Virus record (IMG/VR): IMGVR_UViG_3300042566_001051
Span: 11,126 to 75,125 of that record
Length of the DNA: 64,000 bases
From: a virus
Reading direction: 5' to 3' (one strand)
Shown here: positions 27,260 to 36,098 of the stretch, in pieces
How positions within the stretch are numbered: position 1 is the first letter of the stretch
Layout of the letters: each line of letters opens with the position of its first letter
Translations under genes and position numbers: made by a program
The notes under the pieces: generated by a model
Databases searched by the model: none
Told to the model about the DNA's origin: nothing
Seen by the model: the letters and a program-made list of their open reading frames with translations, nothing else

Positions 27260-28360
27260 CTATCCTTTCAGTGCTGCCATGATGTCTTCTGGCGCTTTGC
27301 CAAGACGGCGAAGCTGGGCGATCAGGTCTTCCGCCGTAATTTCCCCCTTGTCGATCTGGGCCTCAAGCCGCCTGGTCGCTGCCGGCTTCTTGGCTTTCGA
27401 GCGGGGCGCGGCTTTCACGGCCGCCTTTGCCACCCGGCGCTCTTTTGCCTTTGCGGCTTCGGCCTTGCGCTGGTCGCTGGTCTTGATCTTTGTCACACTC
27501 TTGGCGTCCGCCGCCTCTTCGGCTTCATTCTGTGCGGCCTGAATGCGTGCAGTGTTGTCGGCTGACGCCTGCAACTTCTCCATGTACTTCTCAAGGAAGC
27601 GCAGCACGGCGTTCGACGACTCTATTTCCGTCATCACGCGCAGCACATGCTTACAAGCAACGCCCTTCAGCCCAGGATTGCGAATCTTCGGGAAGCCCCA
27701 TTCCTGCCGGCCAGCAGCAAAACCACCGATGGTGGCGACGTAACGCAGGAAATAGCGATGCCGGCCGCAGTCGCAATCGAATGACAGCTTCTGCTTCCTG
27801 AGCCAGTTGGCTACCTGCTTTGGTGACTTCCGGTCTTTTGCCTCGGTGGCGGCCAGCTTGTGACCGGCTTCATCGAAGGCGTTGAACATCACAACGACGT
27901 GGTGCCGTGTAACGTCAGAATCCTTTCCGGCGTTGGTGATGAATCGAACCATGCCGTTGTGAGCGGAAACTGGGATGCCGGACGTAATTTCCTTGCGCGC
28001 CTTGTCAATGTCGCTCGACGCTTCGTTTGGGTTCGCCGACACATAGGACAGCGGCTGAGACGAAGCCATGTCGATCACCTGGCGGGCTGTGATGCCTTTC
28101 CCGCCCTTGAATCTCGACTGCGCCATGCGCATGTTATGGCGGAACGTAGCCAGGTCGTCTGAAGTGATTCGACGCGAGCCTCCGCCTATGGTCGTCATGA
28201 GTACGCGATTTGCGTCCCATTCGCCCTGAACCTCCTGCTTGGTCAGGATTATCGACTTCGGCGACTTCTCAGCCTCTTCCCGCTGCTTCTTGTCGGCAGA
28301 AAAGCGGTCTTTCGCCTCGCCGACGTGGCCCTTTACCTTGCCAAGCCATGAATCGGCCAT
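27260..28360 (-). CDS. P1 gp16-like protein with SWIM-type Zn finger
   Basis: FDCDCGRHRY..RY.AT.G...FPKIRNP.L.GVACKHV. Confidence 0.7.
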   Translation of the reverse strand: MADSWLGKVKGHVGEAKDRFSADKKQREEAEKSPKSIILTKQEVQGEWDANRVLMTTIGGGSRRITSDDLATFRHNMRMAQSRFKGGKGITARQVIDMASSQPLSYVSANPNEASSDIDKARKEITSGIPVSAHNGMVRFITNAGKDSDVTRHHVVVMFNAFDEAGHKLAATEAKDRKSPKQVANWLRKQKLSFDCDCGRHRYFLRYVATIGGFAAGRQEWGFPKIRNPGLKGVACKHVLRVMTEIESSNAVLRFLEKYMEKLQASADNTARIQAAQNEAEEAADAKSVTKIKTSDQRKAEAAKAKERRVAKAAVKAAPRSKAKKPAATRRLEAQIDKGEITAEDLIAQLRRLGKAPEDIMAALKG

Positions 28361-28363
28361 GCG

Positions 28364-28702
28364 TTACCCCTCAGCCCAGGTGGGCGCGTAGTCTTCTCGG
28401 TATCCTGGGATGGACTCAAAGCCAGTGCGGCGCTTGATGGCGTAAAGCTGCCCTTCATTCGGCAGAACAATGCGTTTCTGTGGCAGCGGCTGATCTACGG
28501 TATCAAGCCCAGCGGCGGCCATGACGGCAAGGAACTCGTCACGCCGGCCATATACGCGCTGCGATACCAGCGTCAGGTCGAAAGCCTCGTCTGGCTTTGT
28601 CTCATAGAAAATTGCCGTGGCGTCCCAGGGCTTGGTGCTCTCGGCGAATTTGCGCACCTCTCGGTAGAAGGACTTGGCCGCTCGGGTGTCTTTTTCGATC
28701 AT
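28364..28702 (-). CDS. Baseplate protein (P1 gp26-like)
   Basis: YETKPDE..DLTLVSQRVYG...VMAAAG...LP. Confidence 0.6.
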   Translation of the reverse strand: MIEKDTRAAKSFYREVRKFAESTKPWDATAIFYETKPDEAFDLTLVSQRVYGRRDEFLAVMAAAGLDTVDQPLPQKRIVLPNEGQLYAIKRRTGFESIPGYREDYAPTWAEG

Positions 28703-28839
28703 TCCTGGTCACTTCCCACGATATACCTTGTGCCAGGTGTCCCAGAATTCAGCGGCGACATCAAGCGGAAGAACGATCGCTTTCGTGATCGCCTTGATCC
28801 ACGCGCCGGCGTACCAATGAGCAAGCATGTCAGTCCCTT

Positions 28840-29328
28840 TCAGATTGTGATGACGCCGCCACGGGTCAGGAAGCGGAACGATTCAGCCATCTTCACGGTG
28901 CGCTCAACCGTATCGGAGCGGGTCGCGTGCAGGCACGTCGCCAATGCGGCAATCTGCCCGCAGGTAACGCCCTCTGCAATGCGGTATTTCGGCCCGCCGG
29001 CGTCGATGCCGTCTTTCTCGATAGCCTGATCCGGGTTGGCTCGCGCGGCGCGGTCAGCGAAAGCGATGCGCGAACTCTTGCCGTCGGCGGCGATGCCGGC
29101 CTTCAGGGAATAGAACGCCGATATGGCGCGCATCAGATCGGCATCGGTAAAGAGCTCGTCGCGCGGTATGTCCTGGTCGTTGGTCAGCACGATACAGCCA
29201 GCCCGGCGCTCGGTTCGATAATCCGCCTCAGCCCCGACAACCAGGACGCGGGCATCAGGGTCGTAGGCTGAAAAAAGGCTGCACGGGCGGCCGCCGTAGC
29301 CGGTGAAAGTAGCCTGAATCTGGATCAC
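28840..29328 (-). CDS. Hypothetical protein in the structural operon
   Basis: 162-aa ORF coupled to the upstream gene. Confidence 0.6.
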   Translation of the reverse strand: MIQIQATFTGYGGRPCSLFSAYDPDARVLVVGAEADYRTERRAGCIVLTNDQDIPRDELFTDADLMRAISAFYSLKAGIAADGKSSRIAFADRAARANPDQAIEKDGIDAGGPKYRIAEGVTCGQIAALATCLHATRSDTVERTVKMAESFRFLTRGGVITI

Positions 29329-30104
29329 AGGTCGCGCTCCCCATTGACGACGTATGGCCTGACGACGACGGAGCCGCCGTTATCACCGCTCTCCATGCTC
29401 TCGGCGTTGATTTCCTGCACAAGCGGATAGCCTGCCGGGTCTGCCGTGCCTGGCGTGCCCTTGCCGTCGTTCGGCTGCCCCTCGGCAGGCGCGTCGAACA
29501 GCGGGATTTCGGCCTTCAGGGTGATGTCAATGGCGAGGATGGTGAGATTCTTCGCCTCGGTCTGGATTGACATGGCCGGAGCGTCCGGCGACTCGACCTG
29601 TACCGGCCAATCCATCGGCTCGCCGGCGAAGTTGTATCGCGCCGTGAATCGTCGATTCGGCACGGCATCAAGGAACAGCAGGAACTGAGCGGCAATGGAG
29701 CGGGCGGACGGCTCGTCATGGGCGAATATGCAAATCTGCGCCCGGATGTCACCGGCGACGGCGCGAACACCGAAAACGCGCTCCTTGTCATCGCCGGGAA
29801 TCATGACCATGACAGATTCAGCTACCTGGCGGGTGAAGTCTCGCCCTGTCGGCGTGTAATCCTTGGCCATTGCAACGATGATGACTGGCATGTTCGCCGG
29901 CTTGGTTGCGGCGCTGTCCGTGTCGTTACGCTGCCAGCTTGAAAGCATGTCCTCGGCCGCGTCGATCATCCTGGACGGCGCCCAAACAACACTCTTTGCC
30001 AGGCCGCGCGTGACGTACCCCTCCAATGCTTTGGTGGTTGGCACGATGGAGGCGTAAAAGCCCCCCATGTATTCGCCGAACGCGGCTTTGACTGGCTGGA
30101 GCAT
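29325..30104 (-). CDS. Tail completion/terminator-like protein (P1 gp24-like)
   Basis: Size, position and weak motif resemblance. Confidence 0.45.
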   Translation of the reverse strand: MLQPVKAAFGEYMGGFYASIVPTTKALEGYVTRGLAKSVVWAPSRMIDAAEDMLSSWQRNDTDSAATKPANMPVIIVAMAKDYTPTGRDFTRQVAESVMVMIPGDDKERVFGVRAVAGDIRAQICIFAHDEPSARSIAAQFLLFLDAVPNRRFTARYNFAGEPMDWPVQVESPDAPAMSIQTEAKNLTILAIDITLKAEIPLFDAPAEGQPNDGKGTPGTADPAGYPLVQEINAESMESGDNGGSVVVRPYVVNGERDL

Positions 30105-30110
30105 TGGTAG

Positions 30111-30947
30111 TTACCGGGTGAATTTGCCCAACAGGCGGTCGTATAGCGGCGAGGAAGGCGCGGCATCTTCTGCCGGAGCGACGAAGGTGGGCAGATCGGC
30201 AGCCCGGAACAGCTTGGCGTCTCGGCTGATCCGGTCGGCGGAGCTGATCGAAACCGCTACCGGCAGAATTGATGCAGCATCAAGGACGGCAGATGGCTCA
30301 ATGCCCTTCTTGGCGAGCATCGAGAGAAGCTGCTCGTTTTCCGATTGCAGGCGCTCAATCACGGCGCTCGTCGCGGAGCGCTCCGCATTGATGTTGTCCA
30401 GAATGGCGATCACGGCCTGAGCCTGCTCATCTTGCTCCGCCGCGTAAATGTCGTCGTAAGTCAGCGCGCCAACATTCCCGCCCATCGCATCATCCAGTGC
30501 GATTCCACGGAATGAATTGTTCAGGTAGTTGGGCTGGGCAACATAGTCAAACCCGTAGAACTCCGGGCGAGACTGATCTATCGCCGATGAAAACCCGCCC
30601 ACCTTCTCTTCCCATAATTTGGCAGCAAGGCGGCCCGCTGCCGTATCGAGGAACTGGGCGCGGTGCTCAACGTTTCCGTCGTAGTCCGCCTTCAGGTAGG
30701 TGGTAACAATGGCCGGCTCGACCGGAGCATACTTACCGCCCTCGATACCGCCTTCGACTGGGGCCATGCCATAGCGGACGCGCGGAAGGTGCCCATAGAA
30801 GCCCAGCATCCCGCGCGACGCGACCATTTCCTGACACGCTGGGCCGTTGATGGCGTCACAAATGGCCTTAATGTTGAAATTACGATGCTGGCCGGTATGT
30901 TGCCGGCCGCGATCCTTGAGGTTGTAGCGGATAACCGGGGTTTCCAT
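30111..30947 (-). CDS. pro: Prohead protease (P1 Pro-like)
   Basis: GRQHTG..RN...GFYGH..R...VEH...LDT..G...GGFSSA...GFDYVAQPNY; AAGGAG RBS. Confidence 0.8.
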   Translation of the reverse strand: METPVIRYNLKDRGRQHTGQHRNFNIKAICDAINGPACQEMVASRGMLGFYGHLPRVRYGMAPVEGGIEGGKYAPVEPAIVTTYLKADYDGNVEHRAQFLDTAAGRLAAKLWEEKVGGFSSAIDQSRPEFYGFDYVAQPNYLNNSFRGIALDDAMGGNVGALTYDDIYAAEQDEQAQAVIAILDNINAERSATSAVIERLQSENEQLLSMLAKKGIEPSAVLDAASILPVAVSISSADRISRDAKLFRAADLPTFVAPAEDAAPSSPLYDRLLGKFTR

Positions 30948-30979
30948 CGTGCGAACTCCTTGTGAATAGGTGCTCGCAC

Positions 30980-31021
30980 AATCTTCGCACTCCACTACAT
31001 GCCAATCATTGCCATTTTCCG
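30980..31021 (-). promoter_or_regulatory. Candidate late promoter upstream of pro
   Basis: CGGAAAAT-N28-AAGATT with internal GATTGGC. Confidence 0.45.
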
Positions 31022-31702
31022 CGCTTGCACCGCTTCATCCAGGGTATCGAACGTGCCGACGCAAACTTGCCTGCCGCCCTTGGTGTAGTAGGCGCGGAAC
31101 CGGCCTCTGCGCACCCATACGCCCGGCTCACCCGTGCCTTTCTTGCGCTCAAGTCGCTCCGGTATGGCGGAAGGCTCTTCAAGCGTGCCGAATGGGTGCG
31201 TATCACGCTTGGCCTTCAGGTATGCAGCCTCTGCCTCTTCTGCTGTTGCGTAGCTGCCAAGGTATTTCCGCTTGCCGCCGGACTGGATCATCACGACGAA
31301 CCGGCCCCGCTTGGTCAGGCTTACCCCAAGGATTCCAGCCTTGTTGTTCCAGTGCGCCTTGCGCTGGTTTTGAAGGTTCTCATCCCTGAGAGCTTTTCGC
31401 AGGTTTGCGATCCGGTTGTCAGCCTTGTTGCCGTTGATGTGGTCAAGCTCTACGGGCCACTCGCCGTAGTAATGGAGCCAAGCGAGTTGATGGGCTTGGT
31501 ATCGTCTGCCGAATAATGCGATGCGGACATAGCCTGTGGATGACACTCCGCCGGCATCGGCCCCTGATTTTGCGGCACCCATGCTTTTCAGCCAGACGAA
31601 CCTACCTGTATCGGGACAGTACCCAAGCGTCTTGCGCAAGACTTCTGCGGTCAACGTTAATTTATCGTCGAAAGTCGGCGCTGGCGGGACAGTGGTTTTC
31701 AT
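30995..31702 (-). CDS. HNH endonuclease with two AP2-like domains
   Basis: AHQLAWLHYYGEWPVELDHINGNKADNRIANLR; YLGSYATAEEAEAAY; VGTFDTLDEAVQAR. Confidence 0.9.
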   Translation of the reverse strand: MKTTVPPAPTFDDKLTLTAEVLRKTLGYCPDTGRFVWLKSMGAAKSGADAGGVSSTGYVRIALFGRRYQAHQLAWLHYYGEWPVELDHINGNKADNRIANLRKALRDENLQNQRKAHWNNKAGILGVSLTKRGRFVVMIQSGGKRKYLGSYATAEEAEAAYLKAKRDTHPFGTLEEPSAIPERLERKKGTGEPGVWVRRGRFRAYYTKGGRQVCVGTFDTLDEAVQARKMAMIGM

Positions 31703-31917
31703 TTACCGTTCGATACATCAGGCCACGGCTCGTTTCGCAGCAGGTAGTTTTGCTCAAAGCCTTCGATTTTGAAGGTGAAGTCGCTCGGAATGTCTCTTGG
31801 CTCAATGGCTTTGATTGAGTCGTAAAATCCTTTTAGATAAAGGTAATTTGGCGACTTTCTGTTGGCAAAAATATCTAATAGCCGCTTGTTTCTGCGATTT
31901 TGTTTGGCTCGTTTCAT
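31699..31917 (-). CDS. 72-aa protein carrying a truncated copy of the tail tube N-terminus
   Basis: YLKGFYDSIKAIEPRDIPSDFTFKIEGFEQNYLLRNEPWPDVS aligns with tube YLKGFYDTTKALGAKVVSSDFTFEIEGFEQNYLLCKQAPWPEIS; ATGA-coupled on both sides. Confidence 0.7.
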   Translation of the reverse strand: MKRAKQNRRNKRLLDIFANRKSPNYLYLKGFYDSIKAIEPRDIPSDFTFKIEGFEQNYLLRNEPWPDVSNGK

Positions 31918-32381
31918 TTTTCGCCCCGCCTGTTGCTAGCAAGAAAACTTTTCCCGCTGCTTACAGTTGCCTCGACATCACGAAGTTGCCTAACCGTAAT
32001 AAATTCGCTTCCATTCCCAAAAACAACAACAGAATCATCGGCACTCTCAAGATGTCCATTTAGAAATCTCGCAAATGGCCCCATGACCTCAATCGCTGTT
32101 GCGTAGTTTTCATTGGCAATCGCAACAGCCCTTGAAAGCTCCGATTTTTGTCGTTCCTGGTCAGCCTGCATGCTGTCATAAAAATTCCCTTCTATGACTT
32201 CATAGTGTCTGCTCTCCAACAGATCAATAGCTGATTTGACTTGGCTATCTGGAGCGTTGATGAACATTGAAACCGCTCGCCTGATTAGCTCGCTTACCGG
32301 AACCCCTGTTTCGAGCGACATGGTTTTCAGCGCATCAAGCATGGGCTGAGGATAGTAGAAGTTCGTGCGCTTCATTTTCAT
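31914..32381 (-). CDS. Ribbon-helix-helix domain protein
   Basis: MKRTNFYYPQPMLDALKTMSLETGVPVSELIRRAV; ATGA overlap with the upstream ORF. Confidence 0.75.
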   Translation of the reverse strand: MKMKRTNFYYPQPMLDALKTMSLETGVPVSELIRRAVSMFINAPDSQVKSAIDLLESRHYEVIEGNFYDSMQADQERQKSELSRAVAIANENYATAIEVMGPFARFLNGHLESADDSVVVFGNGSEFITVRQLRDVEATVSSGKSFLASNRRGEK

Positions 32382-32641
32382 TCTTTGCTTTCTTTGCGCT
32401 CTTTTAAGTCGTTGGGCGTCTTCGCGCGCTTTGCGATCATGCGAAGTATCTTCTTCCCGTACTTGTATTTTAGTCTCCAAAACGTGTCCTTATCTGCATC
32501 ACTAATGAGGCCGCCTTTGTCCACGCACGCATCGCAAATCGAAATCCAAGCATTACACCACTCGTCATTTTGTCCAGATCCCTCCCAGAACGAAATGATA
32601 TTTTCAATCTCGTTACCTGTAAGTTCTTTTATTTCACTCAT
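32378..32641 (-). CDS. Hypothetical protein, first gene of the AT-rich operon
   Basis: 87-aa AT-rich ORF with GGA RBS. Confidence 0.6.
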   Translation of the reverse strand: MSEIKELTGNEIENIISFWEGSGQNDEWCNAWISICDACVDKGGLISDADKDTFWRLKYKYGKKILRMIAKRAKTPNDLKERKESKE

Positions 32642-32670
32642 TTTTCATCCAGTCTCTCTTAACATCCCGC

Positions 32671-32701
32671 TTAATATGTGCCATATCATAGCACATATTA
32701 A
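32671..32701 (-). promoter_or_regulatory. Extended -10 promoter inside a perfect 11-bp inverted repeat
   Basis: TTAATATGTGC-N9-GCACATATTAA; minus strand reads TG-C-TATGAT. Confidence 0.65.
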
Positions 32702-34206
32702 ACGTCGGCAAACAAGCTCTCGGCACGAGACACAACGCTTTCTGCCAGGCTTCCGCTGAACCCGGCCCCACCCTCGCAAATCATGTAGGTGGCGTCCTCA
32801 AGGAACATGAAGCAGATCGCATCGAACAAGTCAGGCGACGGCAGGCCCATCTTCCGCATTTCGTCCTTCCGCTCGATCACGTAGCGCGCTTTCTCGTCAA
32901 AGTGGAACGGAACCCGGCTCATCTGATCCAATAGCTCTTTCACCCACGGGCCGTCGGCAATACCAAGCCGCCCCTCCTTGGCGGCCCGCGCGGCATGCAC
33001 CATCGCTTGCGCCCGCAGGTTGAAAAACCGCTCCTTGTTGCGCTGCTTGAAGCATGGCGCTCCCCATTTCACGCGCTTAACCTCTGGCAGCCCCATGCTT
33101 TCCAGCGCCTGGCAGACAGCAACGCCCATGCCGCCGGCGTCAACCAGCGTCGTGACGTTCTCCAATTCGCTTGCCGTATTGAAGATCGCCCCGGAAAAGT
33201 CTTGCAGGTTGCGCGTATTGGAATTGATCGGCACGCCTACAATCTGAACGCGGCGAGCGTCCGGCCCAAAATCGCTATGCCCTGTCACATGAGCGACAAT
33301 GGCGACGGACTTGTCGCGGTACTCCCCAGCCCCCACGTCGCACGAAAGCATGATGCCGTAGCTTTCCCCTTGCTGAATTACCTTGCGCCCGATGCAGGCT
33401 TCGGCGGCCTTTCTGCCCAGCAGGTAGTCATCACGCGACTCGGGGAATTCGCCTAGCACCTTGATGGTGTATTCCTCTTCGGTGTATTCCTGCTTCTTTT
33501 CCTCGATGAAAGCCTTGGAAACCAGCGGCGAATCGTTCGAATCCATGCGTATCGCGTTCCATACACCGCCGTTGTGCATCGCCAGCTTGTTGTGGGTGTC
33601 GTAGAAGAACCCGGACGGTCTGGTGGGCTGCGAAAGCATCAGCATCCGGTTTCTGGCGTCCGTCAGCGCGCCCGTGATAACGGCGTAGTTCGGGTCTGGG
33701 ATGCCGGATGCCTCGTCGGCAATCACCAGATACCAATCCCGGTGCATGCCGGCCAGATTCTCAGGGTTTCCGCGCGGCGCCGTCTTGGCGAAGACGAACC
33801 ATGTCTGCTTGAAGCCCTTCACATAGACGCGCTCCGCCTCAAATGTGACGTAATCAGCAATCCACGACTGCCCGCCCTTGCTTCGGATCAGGTCAAGCAC
33901 ATCGGCCATTTCCTTCCATGCCACGTTGCGCACCTGTTCGATCTTCGGCGCGGTAATCATCGTGTTGGATTTCGGGTAGCACAACAGATGCCACAGGGCG
34001 ATAACGGCCAATGATCGAGACTTTCCTGAGCCGTGGCCGCTTCGAACGGATGTCCGACTGCCTGGCGGAGATACCGAATCCAGCAATTCAAGCTGCTGGT
34101 GGGTCGGCATCATCCCGACCACCTCGGCGGCAAACCTCGCCAGGCTGAATGCGTACCTTGCGGCAAACGGTAGATAGCGCGGGTCATCAAGCAGCCTCAT
34201 TGCCAT
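32698..34206 (-). CDS. pacB: Terminase large subunit (P1 PacB-like)
   Basis: VRSGHGSGKS Walker A, LVIADEASG Walker B, CDVG and SPDLFDA nuclease motifs. Confidence 0.92.
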   Translation of the reverse strand: MAMRLLDDPRYLPFAARYAFSLARFAAEVVGMMPTHQQLELLDSVSPPGSRTSVRSGHGSGKSRSLAVIALWHLLCYPKSNTMITAPKIEQVRNVAWKEMADVLDLIRSKGGQSWIADYVTFEAERVYVKGFKQTWFVFAKTAPRGNPENLAGMHRDWYLVIADEASGIPDPNYAVITGALTDARNRMLMLSQPTRPSGFFYDTHNKLAMHNGGVWNAIRMDSNDSPLVSKAFIEEKKQEYTEEEYTIKVLGEFPESRDDYLLGRKAAEACIGRKVIQQGESYGIMLSCDVGAGEYRDKSVAIVAHVTGHSDFGPDARRVQIVGVPINSNTRNLQDFSGAIFNTASELENVTTLVDAGGMGVAVCQALESMGLPEVKRVKWGAPCFKQRNKERFFNLRAQAMVHAARAAKEGRLGIADGPWVKELLDQMSRVPFHFDEKARYVIERKDEMRKMGLPSPDLFDAICFMFLEDATYMICEGGAGFSGSLAESVVSRAESLFADV

Positions 34207-34783
34207 CGGTAGCGCCCCGCTCCTTGCGCACAGCCTCGCGCATTTCCTCCGACTTCTTCATTGCCTGCGCAAACATGGCGTCAAGCTCATCCAGCGTTGC
34301 CACGCCGCTTGAGTTGTCCTCGGCAATGGCGTCCAGCCCCCACGCCTTGCGCTCGCCTTCCTGTCTGATCTTGATGGCCTCAGCCGCCGTCTTCGCCACG
34401 CGGGCAACGCCAAGCCCATCCTCGCCCAGCATGTCCTTCAACGTGAATAGCCGGCGATGGTCGCCCCATTCCTCGCGGTGCTTCTCGATCACGTCGGCGC
34501 GCAGATCAACCGACTCTGATTCAGTTAGCGGACTAACTTTCCCGCTAACTTTGCGACTAACTTTCTCGTCAGCCTTGGCCTGGGCGCGTTCAACAATGGT
34601 CTTGAGACTGGCCTTCTTAGCCCATCCTTCCTTGCGGGCGCGCTTGAGAACGGCAACGTCAGAGACGGACAAATTCATTTCCGTCACGATCCATGTGTAG
34701 CCGTCTCGCGGGTCGGTTTCCCACTTGGCGCGAATCCCGGCCCACTCTTCGGGAGACATTCGTTTTTTGGTCGTCGTGGTCAT
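34187..34783 (-). CDS. pacA: Terminase small subunit (PacA-like)
   Basis: N-terminal HTH (EEWAGIRAKWE...KRARKEGW); directly upstream of the large subunit. Confidence 0.75.
   Translation of the reverse strand: MTTTTKKRMSPEEWAGIRAKWETDPRDGYTWIVTEMNLSVSDVAVLKRARKEGWAKKASLKTIVERAQAKADEKVSRKVSGKVSPLTESESVDLRADVIEKHREEWGDHRRLFTLKDMLGEDGLGVARVAKTAAEAIKIRQEGERKAWGLDAIAEDNSSGVATLDELDAMFAQAMKKSEEMREAVRKERGATDGNEAA
34523..34564. repeat. CTAACTTT x3 at 12-bp spacing plus AGTTAG-N4-CTAACT palindrome inside the small terminase gene
   Basis: Copies at 34533, 34545, 34557; palindrome 34523-34538. Confidence 0.7.
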
Positions 34784-34805
34784 TTCTGCAACCTCTCTCA
34801 GATCG

Positions 34806-35423
34806 TCAGATCGTCAGGCTTAGTTGATTCGTGTCGGCGGCGGCGATGGAGCATTCAAGCCGGAACCGCGTCATCTTTGCCTTGGCGTTCTTGGCGGCAT
34901 CGGCAGCGCGCCCGATTGATCCGGTCAGCCTGCTACCGGCTTTCATGTCCTCGAATTCAGGGTTGAGCTCAATGAACCGTTCCAGGGCGGCGCCGGTCTC
35001 GTCAGAAGCAGCGAGCATCGTGGCAATCGCCTCTTCCATTGCCTCCACCTTGTTGTGCAATTTTCGCAAGGTCTCCATGTCTCGCCGGCGGGCCTTTTCC
35101 CACGTATCGAACAGCCACGCGGAGGTTTCGCGCTCCTGGGTCATGCGGGAGCCAGCCTCCCAGTCATCCGAACAGCCAAAAAGGTAGTCGATTGAAACCT
35201 CATACACGCTGGCGGCGCGCACGATCAGCCACAAGGGGACAGAGTTGGTATCGGTTGCCCATTCCACCTTGGAGAGCTTCGATGGATTCGAGTACCCAAG
35301 CCGACGGGCTGCCGCGCTCTGGGACATGTTGCACAGTTCGCGGGCCTCTCTCATCCGGGCGCCGATGGTTTTCACCACGGCCGCCTGTTCGATTCGAGTT
35401 GATGAAGGTTTCTTCTCTGGCAT
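34806..35423 (-). CDS. XRE-family HTH protein, candidate late-gene activator
   Basis: IGARMREARE..NMSQSAAARRLGY...LSKVE...YEVSIDYLFG; immediately upstream of pacA. Confidence 0.7.
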   Translation of the reverse strand: MPEKKPSSTRIEQAAVVKTIGARMREARELCNMSQSAAARRLGYSNPSKLSKVEWATDTNSVPLWLIVRAASVYEVSIDYLFGCSDDWEAGSRMTQERETSAWLFDTWEKARRRDMETLRKLHNKVEAMEEAIATMLAASDETGAALERFIELNPEFEDMKAGSRLTGSIGRAADAAKNAKAKMTRFRLECSIAAADTNQLSLTI

Positions 35424-35878
35424 TAGACCCCCTTGATTTTCCAGCCGCCGCCGTCCTTCTTCGCCAGTTTTTGGCAGAGGAAGAACCTGAACGGGAACAT
35501 CCCGGCGGCGATCTTGAGCTTCTGCCAGCCGTCCTCCCGGATGAACCCACCTTTTGTCTCGTGAATCTCGAACTCTCCGTTGGGCAACATCACAGCGAAG
35601 TCCGGCGTATATCGTGTGTCGTCCGCCAACTTGAAGGTGATGGCCTCGTACTTCCACCAGGCGATTTCCCGCCTGGCCTTGCGCTCTTCCAGCATCCCGG
35701 CGTATTCCGCCTCGGTCCTGTTCATTCCTTGGTCGCGCTCGGCGCCAATAGCCACTGGAAGCGGTTGCGCTTTGGAAACTTCCGGCGCCTTCAATTCCTT
35801 CCTGGGCGGATTCGATGCAGCCGCGCGCTCCCGGTGGGCCGCAAGCTGCTCTTCTGACCATCGAACGACGTTACTCAC
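35423..35878 (-). CDS. DUF1064-like PD-(D/E)xK nuclease/resolvase
   Basis: MNRTEAEY...YE..TFKLAD.TRYTPDF...HETKG. Confidence 0.7.
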   Translation of the reverse strand: MSNVVRWSEEQLAAHRERAAASNPPRKELKAPEVSKAQPLPVAIGAERDQGMNRTEAEYAGMLEERKARREIAWWKYEAITFKLADDTRYTPDFAVMLPNGEFEIHETKGGFIREDGWQKLKIAAGMFPFRFFLCQKLAKKDGGGWKIKGV

Positions 35879-36098
35879 GGTCAGAGCCCCTCTTTTCAAG
35901 CCACGCCTTGCGGCCGGCGAGCACATCATCAGCCGCGATCACCCATTGCTTGCACTCCCTCGGGTAGGTTGCCGACATGAATTCGTGCCCGTTTTTCTTC
36001 GGTGCGCACAGCCCAAAGCCGAACTTCGCCATGTCCTTGGCGTCCTTCAAGCGGAAGTGGTCGCAATCGACGCAGCGGACGGACTCGGCTACCGGCAT
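35871..36098 (-). CDS. Small Cys-rich hypothetical protein
   Basis: VRCVDCDHF...GLC...REC. Confidence 0.55.
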   Translation of the reverse strand: MPVAESVRCVDCDHFRLKDAKDMAKFGFGLCAPKKNGHEFMSATYPRECKQWVIAADDVLAGRKAWLEKRGSDRE

